The position numbers and the translations under genes were made by a program. Shown piece after piece: positions 24,469 through 33,885 of a stretch of DNA of 64,000 bases. The notes under the pieces are model-generated. The model did not search any database. It saw nothing but the letters and a program-made list of their open reading frames with translations, and was not told the DNA's origin. Origin of the DNA: Dehalococcoidia bacterium (GTDB taxonomy: Bacteria; Chloroflexota; Dehalococcoidia; Lucifugimonadales; G963668185); the NCBI GenBank assembly GCA_963668185.1, contig OY764162.1, positions 852,754 to 916,753 on the forward strand. The letters run 5' to 3'. How positions within the stretch are numbered: the stretch's first letter is position 1; every line of letters starts with the position of its first letter.

Positions 24469-27400
24469 CTAGTCACACCATGCCGGCGTGCTCTGGGACG
24501 GGAAGAACCCTGGCTGGACGCCGCTAAGGTCCGCTTCCGCGCCCTGCTCAGGTACAACCCGGCTTTGCTCGCCGAACTCCTGCCACGTTGCGACGCCGTC
24601 GCCGTCCATGTCCGCCTTCAAGGCCGGGTACTGGCCCGCGTTACCGAAGTCCCACAGGTCATCGCCCCACTTGGCGAATATGCCTTCGCCGGCCGTATGA
24701 GACTGCAACTCGGCGGTCGTCGCGCCTTGTGCGCCGTCTGCGTCACCACGGCCGGTCGCTTTCGCTTGCTTGGAGGTCTCCGAATCCCATAGGCCAATGA
24801 CGACCTCACCTCCGTTTTCCCCGATGAGTCCGCCGAGGAAATCCCGACCGGATACGGCCCCAATTGAATAGCTTGAGACCACCTTCCCAGGTGGGTCGTA
24901 TGAGCCGGACATCACGCCACTGTTGTAGCCTACCAAACCGCCGGCCATGTCTAGGCCGATGACGCTGCCGGTGGCGTAGCTGTTGGAAATAGCACTGTTC
25001 TGGCTGTTCCACCCCACCAGGCCGCCTATGCTCTGGCTGCCGCATACATTGCCCGTGGCGTAAACGGCGCTGACCTCGCCTCCATTCGACCCAATCAGAC
25101 CGCCCACGTCCCAGCCGGCATATACGCCGCCTGTTGCGTAGGCGGCGCTAACCTCGCCTCCATTCGACCCGATCAGGCCGCCCACGTGGCCGCCGCCGGA
25201 CACCCTGCCGGCGGCATAGCTTGCCCTGACCTTCCCATCGCTCCTCCCCACGAGGCCGCCTGCGGCATGGCCGCCTCCCGAAACGCTGACATGGGATGAG
25301 CTAGCCGCCACTTCCCCGTGATTGAGACCAACCAGCCCTCCGCCGGTACCATCGACAAAGCCTATGTGCCCCCCGACGTGGCTGTCGATTATCAGCCCAT
25401 TGTTTACCCCCACCAAGCCGCCGATTTTAGCGAGGCCGACAGCCTGCACTTCGGCGAGCGTGGTATTGCGGATGCTGCTTGAACCACCGGTCACGCCGAA
25501 TAGGCCAACGCCCTCGGGGCTGTCGAGAACGGTAAGGCGGTTGATGTACAGGCCGGAAATTGCGTACCCGTTGCCATCGAAAGCAGTATTGAATCCCATG
25601 CCTCCAGACCCGATGGGAAGCCAGCCGCTGCCTGCGGTCCACGACTCGTTGACGACGCCTGATGCGTAATCACCGCCCTCGCGAAAGTCCAGCGCACGGC
25701 CCAGTTCATAGCCCTGGCAGGCTCCATCGCAGAGGCCTGTCGGTGAGACTGTGGGGAAGGCGGCTTCGTAGACAGGGGCGCTGGCGGCCGAGTTTTCGTC
25801 CACTATGCCGTCGCCATCCAGGTCGTAACGGATCGCGTACAACTGCTCCAGGTTGCAAATCTCGATGAGGCCGTCCCCGTCGCTGTCGAGCCCTTCAGGA
25901 TAGACTAGAGTTGGCAATGGCGCGGTGGAAGCAGGGGCAGGAGACGGTTCAGCGGAGACTGAGGGCGGTGGCGACGGCACATCTCTATCCTGATCGCCGA
26001 ACTCCCACCAAGTGGCGACCCCGTCTCCATCGAAGTCAGCCTTCAGAGCCGCGTACTGTGCACTGTCGCCGAAGTCCCAGTAGTCTTCTCTGCCCGTATC
26101 GAGATTGTAATCGCCGTCGGCGTTATCGATGTCCGCCCCCCACAAAACGTAGATGCCGGCGGCTTGGGTGGGCCGCTGCAACTCGGACGTGGTGAAGCCG
26201 GAAATGCCAAGGGTATAACCCGAACTTACGGGAGACCCTTCCCCGGAGACTTGCGTATCCCAGTAGCTCGCGACCGCGGTTCCGAGACTGGCCCCCACCA
26301 GACCGCCAGCCCTCTCCTCGCTGGCTGACGTCCGGCCAGCCGCGTAGCTGGTCATGATCTCGCCGTGGTTATACCCCACTAGGCCGCCCACTTCGCTCCT
26401 GCCGGACACCTCCACCTTAGCGTAGCTGGCCGTAACTGCGCCGGCGCTGTAGCCGCTCAATCCGCCCACCATTGCTTTTCCCGATACCTTGCCTTTGGTA
26501 TATGAAGCCTGGATCGTCCCATGATTTTCTCCGGTCAGCACGCCAGCCCCATATACGGCGGCTACGCTTCCGGTAACGTAGCTGTCGTAGATCCGGCCGG
26601 CATTCAACCCGACCAACCCGCCGGAAATCTCGTAGTTTTTGACTTCCACGTCCACGTCAATCATGCCCACTCTTCGCAAGATGCCCGCTTTGTCAACAAC
26701 CCCAAAGAGACCGACGGCCTTTCGGTCGTCTGCTCCAAGCCTAGCTCTGTCAGCCTCTGTAAGTATGCGCCTGGCATAGAGGTTGCTGATAGTGTGCCCG
26801 CTCCCATCGAACACGGCCTTGTACCCAGATGATGTATCGGGAGGGCTTCCATAAACGAAATGGGGAGCGATCGGCGGCCAACCGTCGCCCGAAATCCACG
26901 CGGGATTGACCGCGCCCGATGCATAGTTGTCAGCGTCTTGGAAGTCCAGAGACCGGGCCAGTTCGTAGCCCGCGCAACCTTCGCAACCTTCCGCCGCCGC
27001 GACTTCCGGGAAGGCTGCGGCGTAGGCTTGAGCGTCCGAACTGAAGTCGGCCCGTCCGTTGCCGTCGAGGTCGTAGCGGAGCGCGTCCAATTGCTCCAGA
27101 CTGGTCACTTCGATGAGCCCATCGCCGTCGGAGTCGTAGCTCGTTGCAGGTCCCGTAGGAAGCGCCGGCATCGGGGCAGGCGTGGACGTATCTACGGATA
27201 GGGGTGTCGGCGTTGGCGCGTATGTATGTGTGACTGTGCAAGTGGACATAGGCGCGGGTGTTTGAATCGGTTGTGCCGAAATCTCAATAGGCGCAGGTGT
27301 TTGTGTCAATTGCGCTGAGATCTCGTTGGGCGTAGGCGTTTGAGTTGGCTGAGACAGTTCTCCAGATTGAGCCTCCTCGCCGCACGATGCCAAACACGCG

Positions 27401-27477
27401 GTGACAACCGCAGACAACAGGCCGGTCAGCGCGACCCGCAGAAACACCGCGCACAGACTATGGGGTTTGGGGAACAT
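24469..27477 (-). CDS. Giant lipoprotein with GLUG-motif repeats and Ca-binding-like DxDGDG segments; internally duplicated
   Basis: Lipobox 'VVTACLASCGEE'. Many 'GGLVG.N.G.I..SYA.G.V.G' (GLUG) units. 'DSDGDGLIE...LEQL.A(L/I)RYDLDG(N/D)G' occurs twice. The ORF's N-terminal extension was trimmed because it runs across a tRNA. Confidence 0.75.
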   Translation of the reverse strand: MFPKPHSLCAVFLRVALTGLLSAVVTACLASCGEEAQSGELSQPTQTPTPNEISAQLTQTPAPIEISAQPIQTPAPMSTCTVTHTYAPTPTPLSVDTSTPAPMPALPTGPATSYDSDGDGLIEVTSLEQLDALRYDLDGNGRADFSSDAQAYAAAFPEVAAAEGCEGCAGYELARSLDFQDADNYASGAVNPAWISGDGWPPIAPHFVYGSPPDTSSGYKAVFDGSGHTISNLYARRILTEADRARLGADDRKAVGLFGVVDKAGILRRVGMIDVDVEVKNYEISGGLVGLNAGRIYDSYVTGSVAAVYGAGVLTGENHGTIQASYTKGKVSGKAMVGGLSGYSAGAVTASYAKVEVSGRSEVGGLVGYNHGEIMTSYAAGRTSASEERAGGLVGASLGTAVASYWDTQVSGEGSPVSSGYTLGISGFTTSELQRPTQAAGIYVLWGADIDNADGDYNLDTGREDYWDFGDSAQYAALKADFDGDGVATWWEFGDQDRDVPSPPPSVSAEPSPAPASTAPLPTLVYPEGLDSDGDGLIEICNLEQLYAIRYDLDGDGIVDENSAASAPVYEAAFPTVSPTGLCDGACQGYELGRALDFREGGDYASGVVNESWTAGSGWLPIGSGGMGFNTAFDGNGYAISGLYINRLTVLDSPEGVGLFGVTGGSSSIRNTTLAEVQAVGLAKIGGLVGVNNGLIIDSHVGGHIGFVDGTGGGLVGLNHGEVAASSSHVSVSGGGHAAGGLVGRSDGKVRASYAAGRVSGGGHVGGLIGSNGGEVSAAYATGGVYAGWDVGGLIGSNGGEVSAVYATGNVCGSQSIGGLVGWNSQNSAISNSYATGSVIGLDMAGGLVGYNSGVMSGSYDPPGKVVSSYSIGAVSGRDFLGGLIGENGGEVVIGLWDSETSKQAKATGRGDADGAQGATTAELQSHTAGEGIFAKWGDDLWDFGNAGQYPALKADMDGDGVATWQEFGEQSRVVPEQGAEADLSGVQPGFFPSQSTPAWCD

Positions 27478-27500
27478 CAAGCCAAAGCCTTCGTTGGGGG

Positions 27501-27575
27501 TGGTGGGCTCGGCAGGATTCGAACCTACGACCAATCGGTTATGAGCCGACCGCTCTGCCGCTGAGCTACGAGCCC
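27501..27575 (-). tRNA. tRNA with CAT anticodon (Met, or Ile2 if lysidine-modified), CCA encoded
   Basis: Hand-folded cloverleaf: GGGCTCG/CGAGCCC acceptor, GCTC/GAGC D stem, GTCGG-CTCATAA-CCGAT anticodon arm, GTAGG-TTCGAAT-CCTGC T arm. Confidence 0.85.
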
Positions 27576-27930
27576 TGAGCACCAAACTAGCGTAGGTTAG
27601 GCCCCACAGGCTGTCAAGCTCCCACGCGCGGGTTCCGTTTCGCTCATGGTGAGCCTGCCTTACGACATCTTCCGGGAGCACGGGGCCAGATCATACCCGC
27701 GTTCGAGCCGGGCCAACACACCGTAACAGCCGTGCGGCTGCCCCAAGACCCTGGCGCGGCGGGCCGTGCGACGGACACGAAATCGACGCAGCGGGTGGCG
27801 TAACGACCCGTAAGCCCACTGCAGGACTTGGGATCCATTCGAAGGTTACCCATGTCAACCGGAACCCTCTGCGTATCTGGTACAGTTGCCAATTGTGTAA
27901 GACTGCCGCCATGTACTGGAGGCATCGATC

Positions 27931-29547
27931 TTGAAATCGATCGCAAGCTGGTTGATTATCAGCGTGATTTTCGTCGCCATGCTTCAAGCAGGCTGCTCCA
28001 GTGAACCGACCCCTACGAGGATAACCGGAACCCTGCCGAGCCCCACTCCCGCGTCCACGCCCACTGCAACAGAAACTTCCGCCCCCACTCCCGCGTCCAC
28101 GCCCACTGCGACAGAAACTCCCGCCCCCACTCCGACGCTCACTGCCGTGCCGACACCCACACCTACTCAGGCCGCCACACCCACACCGACATCCAAGCCC
28201 ATCCCGTCTAACAGAAGGTTCGTCTCCGTAAGTGCCGGAGGGTGGCACACCTGCGGAGTGATGCGGAACGGCTACGTAGTTTGCTGGGGTCGTAACAAGT
28301 CTTGGAGCGGTTACGTTATCGGAGACCTTGGCCAGGCCGCGCCGCCGGCCGGGGAGTTCTCCTCGGTCGACGCCGGAGATATGCACACCTGTGGGGTGGG
28401 GCTGGACGGCTCCGTCGTCTGTTGGGGTGATAGTCCCGATGGGCCAGCCGGGGAATTCGCCTCCATCAGCGCGGGTCTAAGTCACACTTGTGGTGTTAGA
28501 ACCGACGGTACCGTGGCCTGCTGGGGTTATACTCCATCTTATGGCGGGGCCGCGCCCCCGGCCGGGGAGTTCTACTCCGTCAGTGCCGGAGGCTGGCATA
28601 CCTGTGGGTTGCGCATGGACCGCTCCGTCACATGCTGGAATAGCAATACAGATTTGGTTGATAACGAATTCGGCCAGGCTACGCCTCCTGCAGGAGGATT
28701 CACCTCAGTCAGTGCTGGGCATGAGCACACTTGCGGTATAAGGCTTGACGGCTCCGCGGCCTGCTGGGGCAGTGATGCATTTGGCCAGGCTAGGCCGCCG
28801 GACGGGAAGTTCGCATCCATCAGTGCCGGGTTTGAGCACACCTGCGGTATAAAGCTTGACGGCTCCGTAACCTGTTGGGGCAGGAACCTCGATAGTCGAT
28901 CCTCGCCGCCAACTGGGGAATTCGCATCCATCAGTGCCGGTAGGTACCACACCTGCGGGGTTAGCATAGATGGCTTGGTAGCCTGCTGGGGCCAGGATGA
29001 AGACGGCCAGTCCACGCCGCCTGACTGGGTGTTGGCCTCCGTCAGCGCCGGAGGGTACCAGACTTGCGGGTTGAGGTCGGACAGACTCGTCCTCTGCTGG
29101 GGAGGTATTTTTGGAGAGGCTGATCCGCCTCCCGGGCAGTTCACTTCCGTGAGCGCCGGTGTTGAGCACACATGCGGGGTAAAGCTTGACGGCTCCGTGG
29201 CCTGCTGGGGCCTTGACTACTATGGCCAAGCTACGCCCCCGGACGGGAAGTTCGCATCCGTGAGCGCTGGGTATGGGCACTCATGCGGGGTGAGGGTGGA
29301 CCGTTCCGTCGTCTGCTGGGGAAATGATGAATTTGGCCAGGCTACGCCGCCATCCGGCGAGTTCTTCTCCGTAAGCGCCGGGGCCACCCATACTTGTGGG
29401 ATGATGCGGGATGGATTCGTGGCCTGCTGGGGCTGGGGCGAAACGGGTGAGGCCACGCCGCCGTCTAACGTGAGGGCCACACCCCCTCCAAACACAAAGC
29501 CCACGCCCACTGCCACGCCGACACCTCAAGCAACGTCCACACCGTAA
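27931..29547 (+). CDS. RCC1-repeat (beta-propeller) lipoprotein
   Basis: Lipobox 'MLQAGCSSEP'. TP-rich linker with a direct repeat. About 11 units of 'F.S(V/I)SAG..HTCG(V/I)..DG.V.CWG'. TTG start. Confidence 0.85.
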   Translation: MKSIASWLIISVIFVAMLQAGCSSEPTPTRITGTLPSPTPASTPTATETSAPTPASTPTATETPAPTPTLTAVPTPTPTQAATPTPTSKPIPSNRRFVSVSAGGWHTCGVMRNGYVVCWGRNKSWSGYVIGDLGQAAPPAGEFSSVDAGDMHTCGVGLDGSVVCWGDSPDGPAGEFASISAGLSHTCGVRTDGTVACWGYTPSYGGAAPPAGEFYSVSAGGWHTCGLRMDRSVTCWNSNTDLVDNEFGQATPPAGGFTSVSAGHEHTCGIRLDGSAACWGSDAFGQARPPDGKFASISAGFEHTCGIKLDGSVTCWGRNLDSRSSPPTGEFASISAGRYHTCGVSIDGLVACWGQDEDGQSTPPDWVLASVSAGGYQTCGLRSDRLVLCWGGIFGEADPPPGQFTSVSAGVEHTCGVKLDGSVACWGLDYYGQATPPDGKFASVSAGYGHSCGVRVDRSVVCWGNDEFGQATPPSGEFFSVSAGATHTCGMMRDGFVACWGWGETGEATPPSNVRATPPPNTKPTPTATPTPQATSTP

Positions 29548-29668
29548 GTTTGTCTCCGTCGGCGCAGGGGAGAACTACTAAGAAGGGCAGCCAGAAGACC
29601 AGCCTGGGACTGAGCCTGCCGTAACCGTTCGTGGTGAGCCTGTCGAACCATGAGCGGGGCGCCCGCCC

Positions 29669-32155
29669 CTAGTTAGCGCCTCCGAAGTCGAAGTCGTCCA
29701 GCATGCAGCCGGTGTCGTACCCGCCCGGCGGGAACCAGATCGGTATGCACCAGGGATCGTACGCGGCTATCTTCCCGCCCGACACTCTCACGTCGTAGCT
29801 GCCGTCCGCGTTCTTCGTCACGCTCACCGTTACCCCGCCGCCTATGCTCCTCGACTCCCCGTCCGCGATCACCGAGAAGTCGTCTAGTCCGTAGCCCACG
29901 TCCGACTCGTAGTCCGGGTTGGCCGCGTTGTGCAGCGCCGGGCCGGTCCGCGCGTTGTAGCCCGTGCCGGTGGTCTGGTCGTACCGGCTCACCATCACGC
30001 CCTCGTATCGAATGGGCCGCCGCCGGTTCGGGCTCGCCGGGTCATAGACCACGGCGTGGGTGTCGCGATAGACGGCGTTCCGTTCGTCCAGCACCTCCAG
30101 AGTGGTGAAGGCGCCGGCCCGCCCGGAGTGAACGACCAAGAACTGGTATCCGCTCTCCAACGGCCTGGCCAGCGTGTAGGTTGCCTCGTCCGAAAGGTGC
30201 AGCGCCACGTCTTCCGGCTCGATCCAGCCGGCGGCGTACCGGTTGACGGCCAGCGTGGCCGGCATGTCCTGGTACCAGCCGGCGGGCCTGGCTGGAGTCA
30301 GCTCGGACATGAAGTCGTGGCGGTTGCTGTAGAAGTTCGGCCTCTTGTACGGCTTGTTGGCGTCCGGCCTCCAGGGAAGCTCAACATAGGAGTGCGGCCA
30401 GAACATCCAGGCATGGCCGATTTCGTGCACCAGCGTAGGCATTACGGCGTGTCGCACGGTGACAAGCCCAAGGTCGGCGTAGCCGTTCCACGCCGACCCG
30501 AGGGAGTAGCCTCCGACGTCGTTCAGGAAAAGCCGGTTCAGCGCCCCCGGCGTCCCCCATCGGCAGCCGGGCCTGCCCGGGTCGTCCGGGTCGCATCCCA
30601 CGACGCCGATCAGGGCCAGCCACTCGTTCTCCACGTCCTGCGGGGTTGCCCGTCCGCTCGCGTGAAACTCCTCGCCGGCGACGAAGGTCATCCGCAGCTT
30701 GCCCTGGGAGATCTTGCGAAAGTATGCGGCCACGTTGTCGTTGAGCGCATCGACCGCGCCGGCCATGCTCATGTCCACCCGGGAGCCGTCGTCATTCGGC
30801 CATTCCGAAGCGCCTGCAGGCACCCTCGCGATGTCCACGGCTATCTCCAGATCGCCCAGGGAGTAGTACGTGGGGTCCAGGGGTATGTCCAGATGGGTGC
30901 GTTCGGGATGCTTGCCCATGAAGGTGCATCCCTCGAATCCCATGAGGCCGTAGCGGACATAGCTGCCGTTGCCGAAGTAGCGTATGAGCGACAGCGGGTC
31001 CTGGCCGTCCAGGTCCGGCATCCCCGCGGCCGTCCAGGGCGAATCGGGGTTGGGCGGCGGGTCGCAGTCGTAGGGGTTGGACGGTCTCCACCAGGGCATT
31101 GGCGTCGCCAGCCACTCGTGGTCGTTCCATGACTCGTAGTTCTGGACAGGCGGTATGGTGGGGACGGGAGTGGGGGTGATCGTGGGATTGGCCGCCTGCT
31201 CCGCCGACGCGTCCGCCGCGGCTTGGCGCGCCGCTTCGGCAGCGTCCGCGATGGCCTTGGCCGCGGCCAGAGCGTTGGCCTCCGACACGGCGTTGGCGGC
31301 GTCTATGGCTGTCCCGACATCCAGGTTGGGAAAGCCAACGGGGTTGCTCAGGACCTGGTACAGAGTCGTGGCCACGTCATTGGCGTCGGCGCCGGTCGTG
31401 GAGACGGCTTGGGCCACGGCCCCCGATATGTCGTTGGGATTGACGATGATGTGCTCCAGGGCCAGGGTCACTGCCGCGGTCAGTGCCTCGGACATGCCTT
31501 TAGCGGCGGGATCGACGGGGACGGGAGTGGCTCCGCCGAAGCTGCTCATGACCTCGTCCATTGCCCTCCTCACGGCGTCGGCATCGGCGTTGGTCATGGA
31601 GACAGCGTGGGCTATGGATCCCTCCAGATCGTCGCGATATGGGCCGTTGAAGTAGGAGTCCAGCGCTATGCCCACGGCATCGGACAGGGCCGCGGCATCG
31701 GCGTTGATTTTGGCTATCTCCTCAGGAGTGAGGGTAGAACTGGAGTCGGGAGTAGGATCGGCTACGGCTGTGCCGATGTTCTCGGGAGTAGGCATGGGAG
31801 TGGGAGCAACCGCGGCCTCGGCCAACGCCGCGGCGACTGCCTCAGCTATCGCTTTGTCAATGTCCTCGGCAGTGGGCGCGTCGGGGTCTGGAGTCGCATC
31901 GGCTGCGACCTCCGTCAACGCCGCGGCAACGGCCTTTGCTATCCGCTCTTCGAGTGTGGGCGTAGGCTCGGCTGCTGGCGCCGCAACCGCCTCAGCCGTG
32001 GCCGTGGCGATGCTCTCCGAAGCGGGCGCAGGCGTGGAGGCAGCCGGCTGATCCTCTCCGCCGCAGGCCGCCAGAGACAGCGCCAGCAGGACCGAAGCCG
32101 CAACCAAGACCGGCAGACGCTCTCTAACGACAGACGTTATCGAATACAAGCTCAT
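29669..32155 (-). CDS. Secreted lipoprotein with an Ala-rich N-terminal half and a C-terminal HExxH zinc-metalloprotease domain
   Basis: Lipobox 'LSLAACGGEDQ'. 'TLVHEIGHAWMFWPHSY'. Confidence 0.7.
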   Translation of the reverse strand: MSLYSITSVVRERLPVLVAASVLLALSLAACGGEDQPAASTPAPASESIATATAEAVAAPAAEPTPTLEERIAKAVAAALTEVAADATPDPDAPTAEDIDKAIAEAVAAALAEAAVAPTPMPTPENIGTAVADPTPDSSSTLTPEEIAKINADAAALSDAVGIALDSYFNGPYRDDLEGSIAHAVSMTNADADAVRRAMDEVMSSFGGATPVPVDPAAKGMSEALTAAVTLALEHIIVNPNDISGAVAQAVSTTGADANDVATTLYQVLSNPVGFPNLDVGTAIDAANAVSEANALAAAKAIADAAEAARQAAADASAEQAANPTITPTPVPTIPPVQNYESWNDHEWLATPMPWWRPSNPYDCDPPPNPDSPWTAAGMPDLDGQDPLSLIRYFGNGSYVRYGLMGFEGCTFMGKHPERTHLDIPLDPTYYSLGDLEIAVDIARVPAGASEWPNDDGSRVDMSMAGAVDALNDNVAAYFRKISQGKLRMTFVAGEEFHASGRATPQDVENEWLALIGVVGCDPDDPGRPGCRWGTPGALNRLFLNDVGGYSLGSAWNGYADLGLVTVRHAVMPTLVHEIGHAWMFWPHSYVELPWRPDANKPYKRPNFYSNRHDFMSELTPARPAGWYQDMPATLAVNRYAAGWIEPEDVALHLSDEATYTLARPLESGYQFLVVHSGRAGAFTTLEVLDERNAVYRDTHAVVYDPASPNRRRPIRYEGVMVSRYDQTTGTGYNARTGPALHNAANPDYESDVGYGLDDFSVIADGESRSIGGGVTVSVTKNADGSYDVRVSGGKIAAYDPWCIPIWFPPGGYDTGCMLDDFDFGGAN

Positions 32156-32337
32156 TCCCCTTGGCTGCTCGCCGCGTGTTCCAAGCTCTGAGCTTGGGCG
32201 ATTGTATCAGGCGCCTTCATCACTGGGGATTGACCCAAGGCCCCTCCGCTGAGCGCGGCGGCTGGACGCGGCGATCTAGGAGAACCTGGCGCGGCTGGGG
32301 TTCGGGAGTTGATTTCGGGGCTGGCCAGCGCAATAAT

Positions 32338-32358
32338 CTAGCCAGTATTGCTGGCTAG
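32338..32358. promoter_or_regulatory. Inverted repeat CTAGCCAG-tattg-CTGGCTAG upstream of the second Phd/VapC operon (candidate operator)
   Basis: Perfect 8-bp arms ending 11 nt before the ATG at 32370, overlapping the GGAGGTG RBS region. Confidence 0.45.
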
Positions 32359-32369
32359 GAGGTGCAGGC

Positions 32370-32630
32370 ATGGTGGAATGGTCATTGCAAGACGCCAAGA
32401 ATCGCTTCAGCGCGGTGGTCAACGCGGCATTGGACGGCTCGCCCCAAATGGTCACGCGCAGGGGCGTGCCTGCCGTGGTCGTTTTGGCTGTGGACGATTA
32501 CGAAAGGCTTTGCCAGGCGGAGAAGTCCGCCGCGCCCGACTTCATCGAACACCTCCTGGCCATCCCCAAGGGCGGGCCGGAAGACCTGTTCGAGCGTGTC
32601 CCGATGAGGCTTCGAGACGTGGAGTTGTAA
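32370..32630 (+). CDS. Phd/YefM-type antitoxin
   Basis: 'MVEWSLQDAKNRFSAVVNAALDGSPQMVTRRGVPAVVVLAVDDYERL'. Confidence 0.85.
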   Translation: MVEWSLQDAKNRFSAVVNAALDGSPQMVTRRGVPAVVVLAVDDYERLCQAEKSAAPDFIEHLLAIPKGGPEDLFERVPMRLRDVEL

Positions 32631-33034
32631 TGTATCTGCTGGATACTAACGTGGTGTCCGCGCTGCGCCGACCGGATCGCCACCCTGGGCCGGCCTCGTG
32701 GCTGCAAGTCCAACGGGCCTCCGACGTGTACATCAGCGTCGTGACGCTTGGAGAAATAGAACGGGGAATCGCTCAACAGATTCCCCGGAACCCGGACTTT
32801 GCCCGCGACCTTGCCCTGTGGTTTGAACGAATCCTGGCATGGTTCGCGGACCGCGTCCTGCCGGTGGACGTGGCGACGGCGCGACGCTGGGGCCGCCTCT
32901 CGGCCTCCGTCGGCAACCGGGACGTCGATCTCGTCATCGCAGCAACCGCGCTCGAACATGGCCTCACCGTCGTTACCCGCAACGTACGCCATTTCGAGCC
33001 GGCGGGGGCGCCGGTCCTCAATCCATTCGGATAG
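32630..33034 (+). CDS. vapC: PIN-domain toxin (VapC/FitB-like)
   Basis: 'MYLLDTNVVSALRRP...' The ATG overlaps the antitoxin TAA (TAATG). Confidence 0.85.
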   Translation: MYLLDTNVVSALRRPDRHPGPASWLQVQRASDVYISVVTLGEIERGIAQQIPRNPDFARDLALWFERILAWFADRVLPVDVATARRWGRLSASVGNRDVDLVIAATALEHGLTVVTRNVRHFEPAGAPVLNPFG

Positions 33035-33076
33035 TCACTATAATTACGGCATCGCCGAGTAACAGAGGGGCAACGC

Positions 33077-33367
33077 ATGACTAGACCGGTTGAAGTTGAG
33101 CCGCGAGAGGGCTTTCGCATCTGGTTGCGATACTCGGACGGGACTGCCGGCGAGGTTGACCTGTCGGACGTCGCCGGGCAGGGCGTCTTCGAGCCGTGGG
33201 GCGAGCCGGGATTCTTCGACCGTGTCCACATAACCCCGCATAGGTCCATCGCTTGGAACGATGATATCGAACTCTGCCCGGACGCTCTTTACATGGAGGT
33301 CACCGGCAAGTCGTGGAGCGAGTTATCGCCTGAGACTGATGCCGAAGTGACTGTCCACGATGCCTGA
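33077..33367 (+). CDS. DUF2442-domain protein
   Basis: 'VEPREGFRIWLRYSDGTAGEVDLS...' is typical of DUF2442. It overlaps the next gene by 8 nt. Confidence 0.6.
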   Translation: MTRPVEVEPREGFRIWLRYSDGTAGEVDLSDVAGQGVFEPWGEPGFFDRVHITPHRSIAWNDDIELCPDALYMEVTGKSWSELSPETDAEVTVHDA

Positions 33368-33620
33368 GCTATGCCGCTTTTACGGCATCGTCATCCGGAT
33401 GTATTCCAGGGAACATGCGCCGCCCCACTTTCACGCGGAGTACAGCGGGCAAGAAGCTTCAATAGCAATCAACGATCTTGCCGTGACTCGCGGCCGCATT
33501 CCCACGCGCGCTCACAGGCTTGTAATGGAGTGGGCCTCTCTTCACCAGGATGAGCTTCGAGAAGCCTGGGACCGGGCGCAACGCATGGAGCCACCCGGAA
33601 AGATAGCGCCGTTGGAGTGA
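33360..33620 (+). CDS. DUF4160-domain protein
   Basis: 'FYGIVIRMYSREHAPPHFHAEYSGQEA' is typical of DUF4160. Confidence 0.6.
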   Translation: MPELCRFYGIVIRMYSREHAPPHFHAEYSGQEASIAINDLAVTRGRIPTRAHRLVMEWASLHQDELREAWDRAQRMEPPGKIAPLE

Positions 33621-33634
33621 GCAAGGAGGACACA

Positions 33635-33883
33635 GTGACCGTAAATGAGTTGATACGACTGCTGGAGAAGCACCCGCCCGGCCTGCGCGTCATGGTGCAG
33701 GGTTACGAGGACGGGCACGACGACCTGGAGGCCAAGTGCGTCGTTGCGGGGGAGGCGAGGCTGGACGTCCACTCGGCGTGGTATTACGGACGGCATGAGC
33801 AGGCGCTGAGGGGCGATGAGCCAAGTCGCCATGAGATCGTGCCGGCGCTGTTCCTTCACCGCCCGTGGCACGACAGGACGTAA
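33635..33883 (+). CDS. Hypothetical 82-aa protein
   Basis: In-frame GTG at 33635 preceded by AAGGAGG (33623-33629). The stop lies 2 nt before the hsdS ATG. Confidence 0.45.
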   Translation: MTVNELIRLLEKHPPGLRVMVQGYEDGHDDLEAKCVVAGEARLDVHSAWYYGRHEQALRGDEPSRHEIVPALFLHRPWHDRT

Positions 33884-33885
33884 CG

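Noticed and set aside
27478-27681. N-terminal 68-codon extension of the 1070-aa ORF (24469-27681).
   Set aside because: The extension runs straight through a well-folding tRNA(CAT) gene. A Met followed by a lipoprotein signal peptide is available at 27477.
27576-27930. Checked by eye for RNase P RNA, tmRNA, SRP/4.5S and 6S hallmarks on both strands.
   Set aside because: I found no GGAAAGTCCGGGC-type P4 motif, no tRNA-like 3' end with a tag ORF, and no SRP domain IV GGAA tetraloop helix. The region is left as unassigned rather than called.
27691-28386. 231-aa minus-strand ORF.
   Set aside because: It overlaps the start and TP linker of the RCC1 lipoprotein gene, has Arg/Gly/Cys-rich composition, and shows no motif.
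32348-33034. 228-aa ORF spanning both the Phd and VapC genes.
   Set aside because: Only its C-terminal 134 aa (from ATG 32630) match a PIN toxin. The upstream part is an out-of-frame read over the Phd antitoxin gene.
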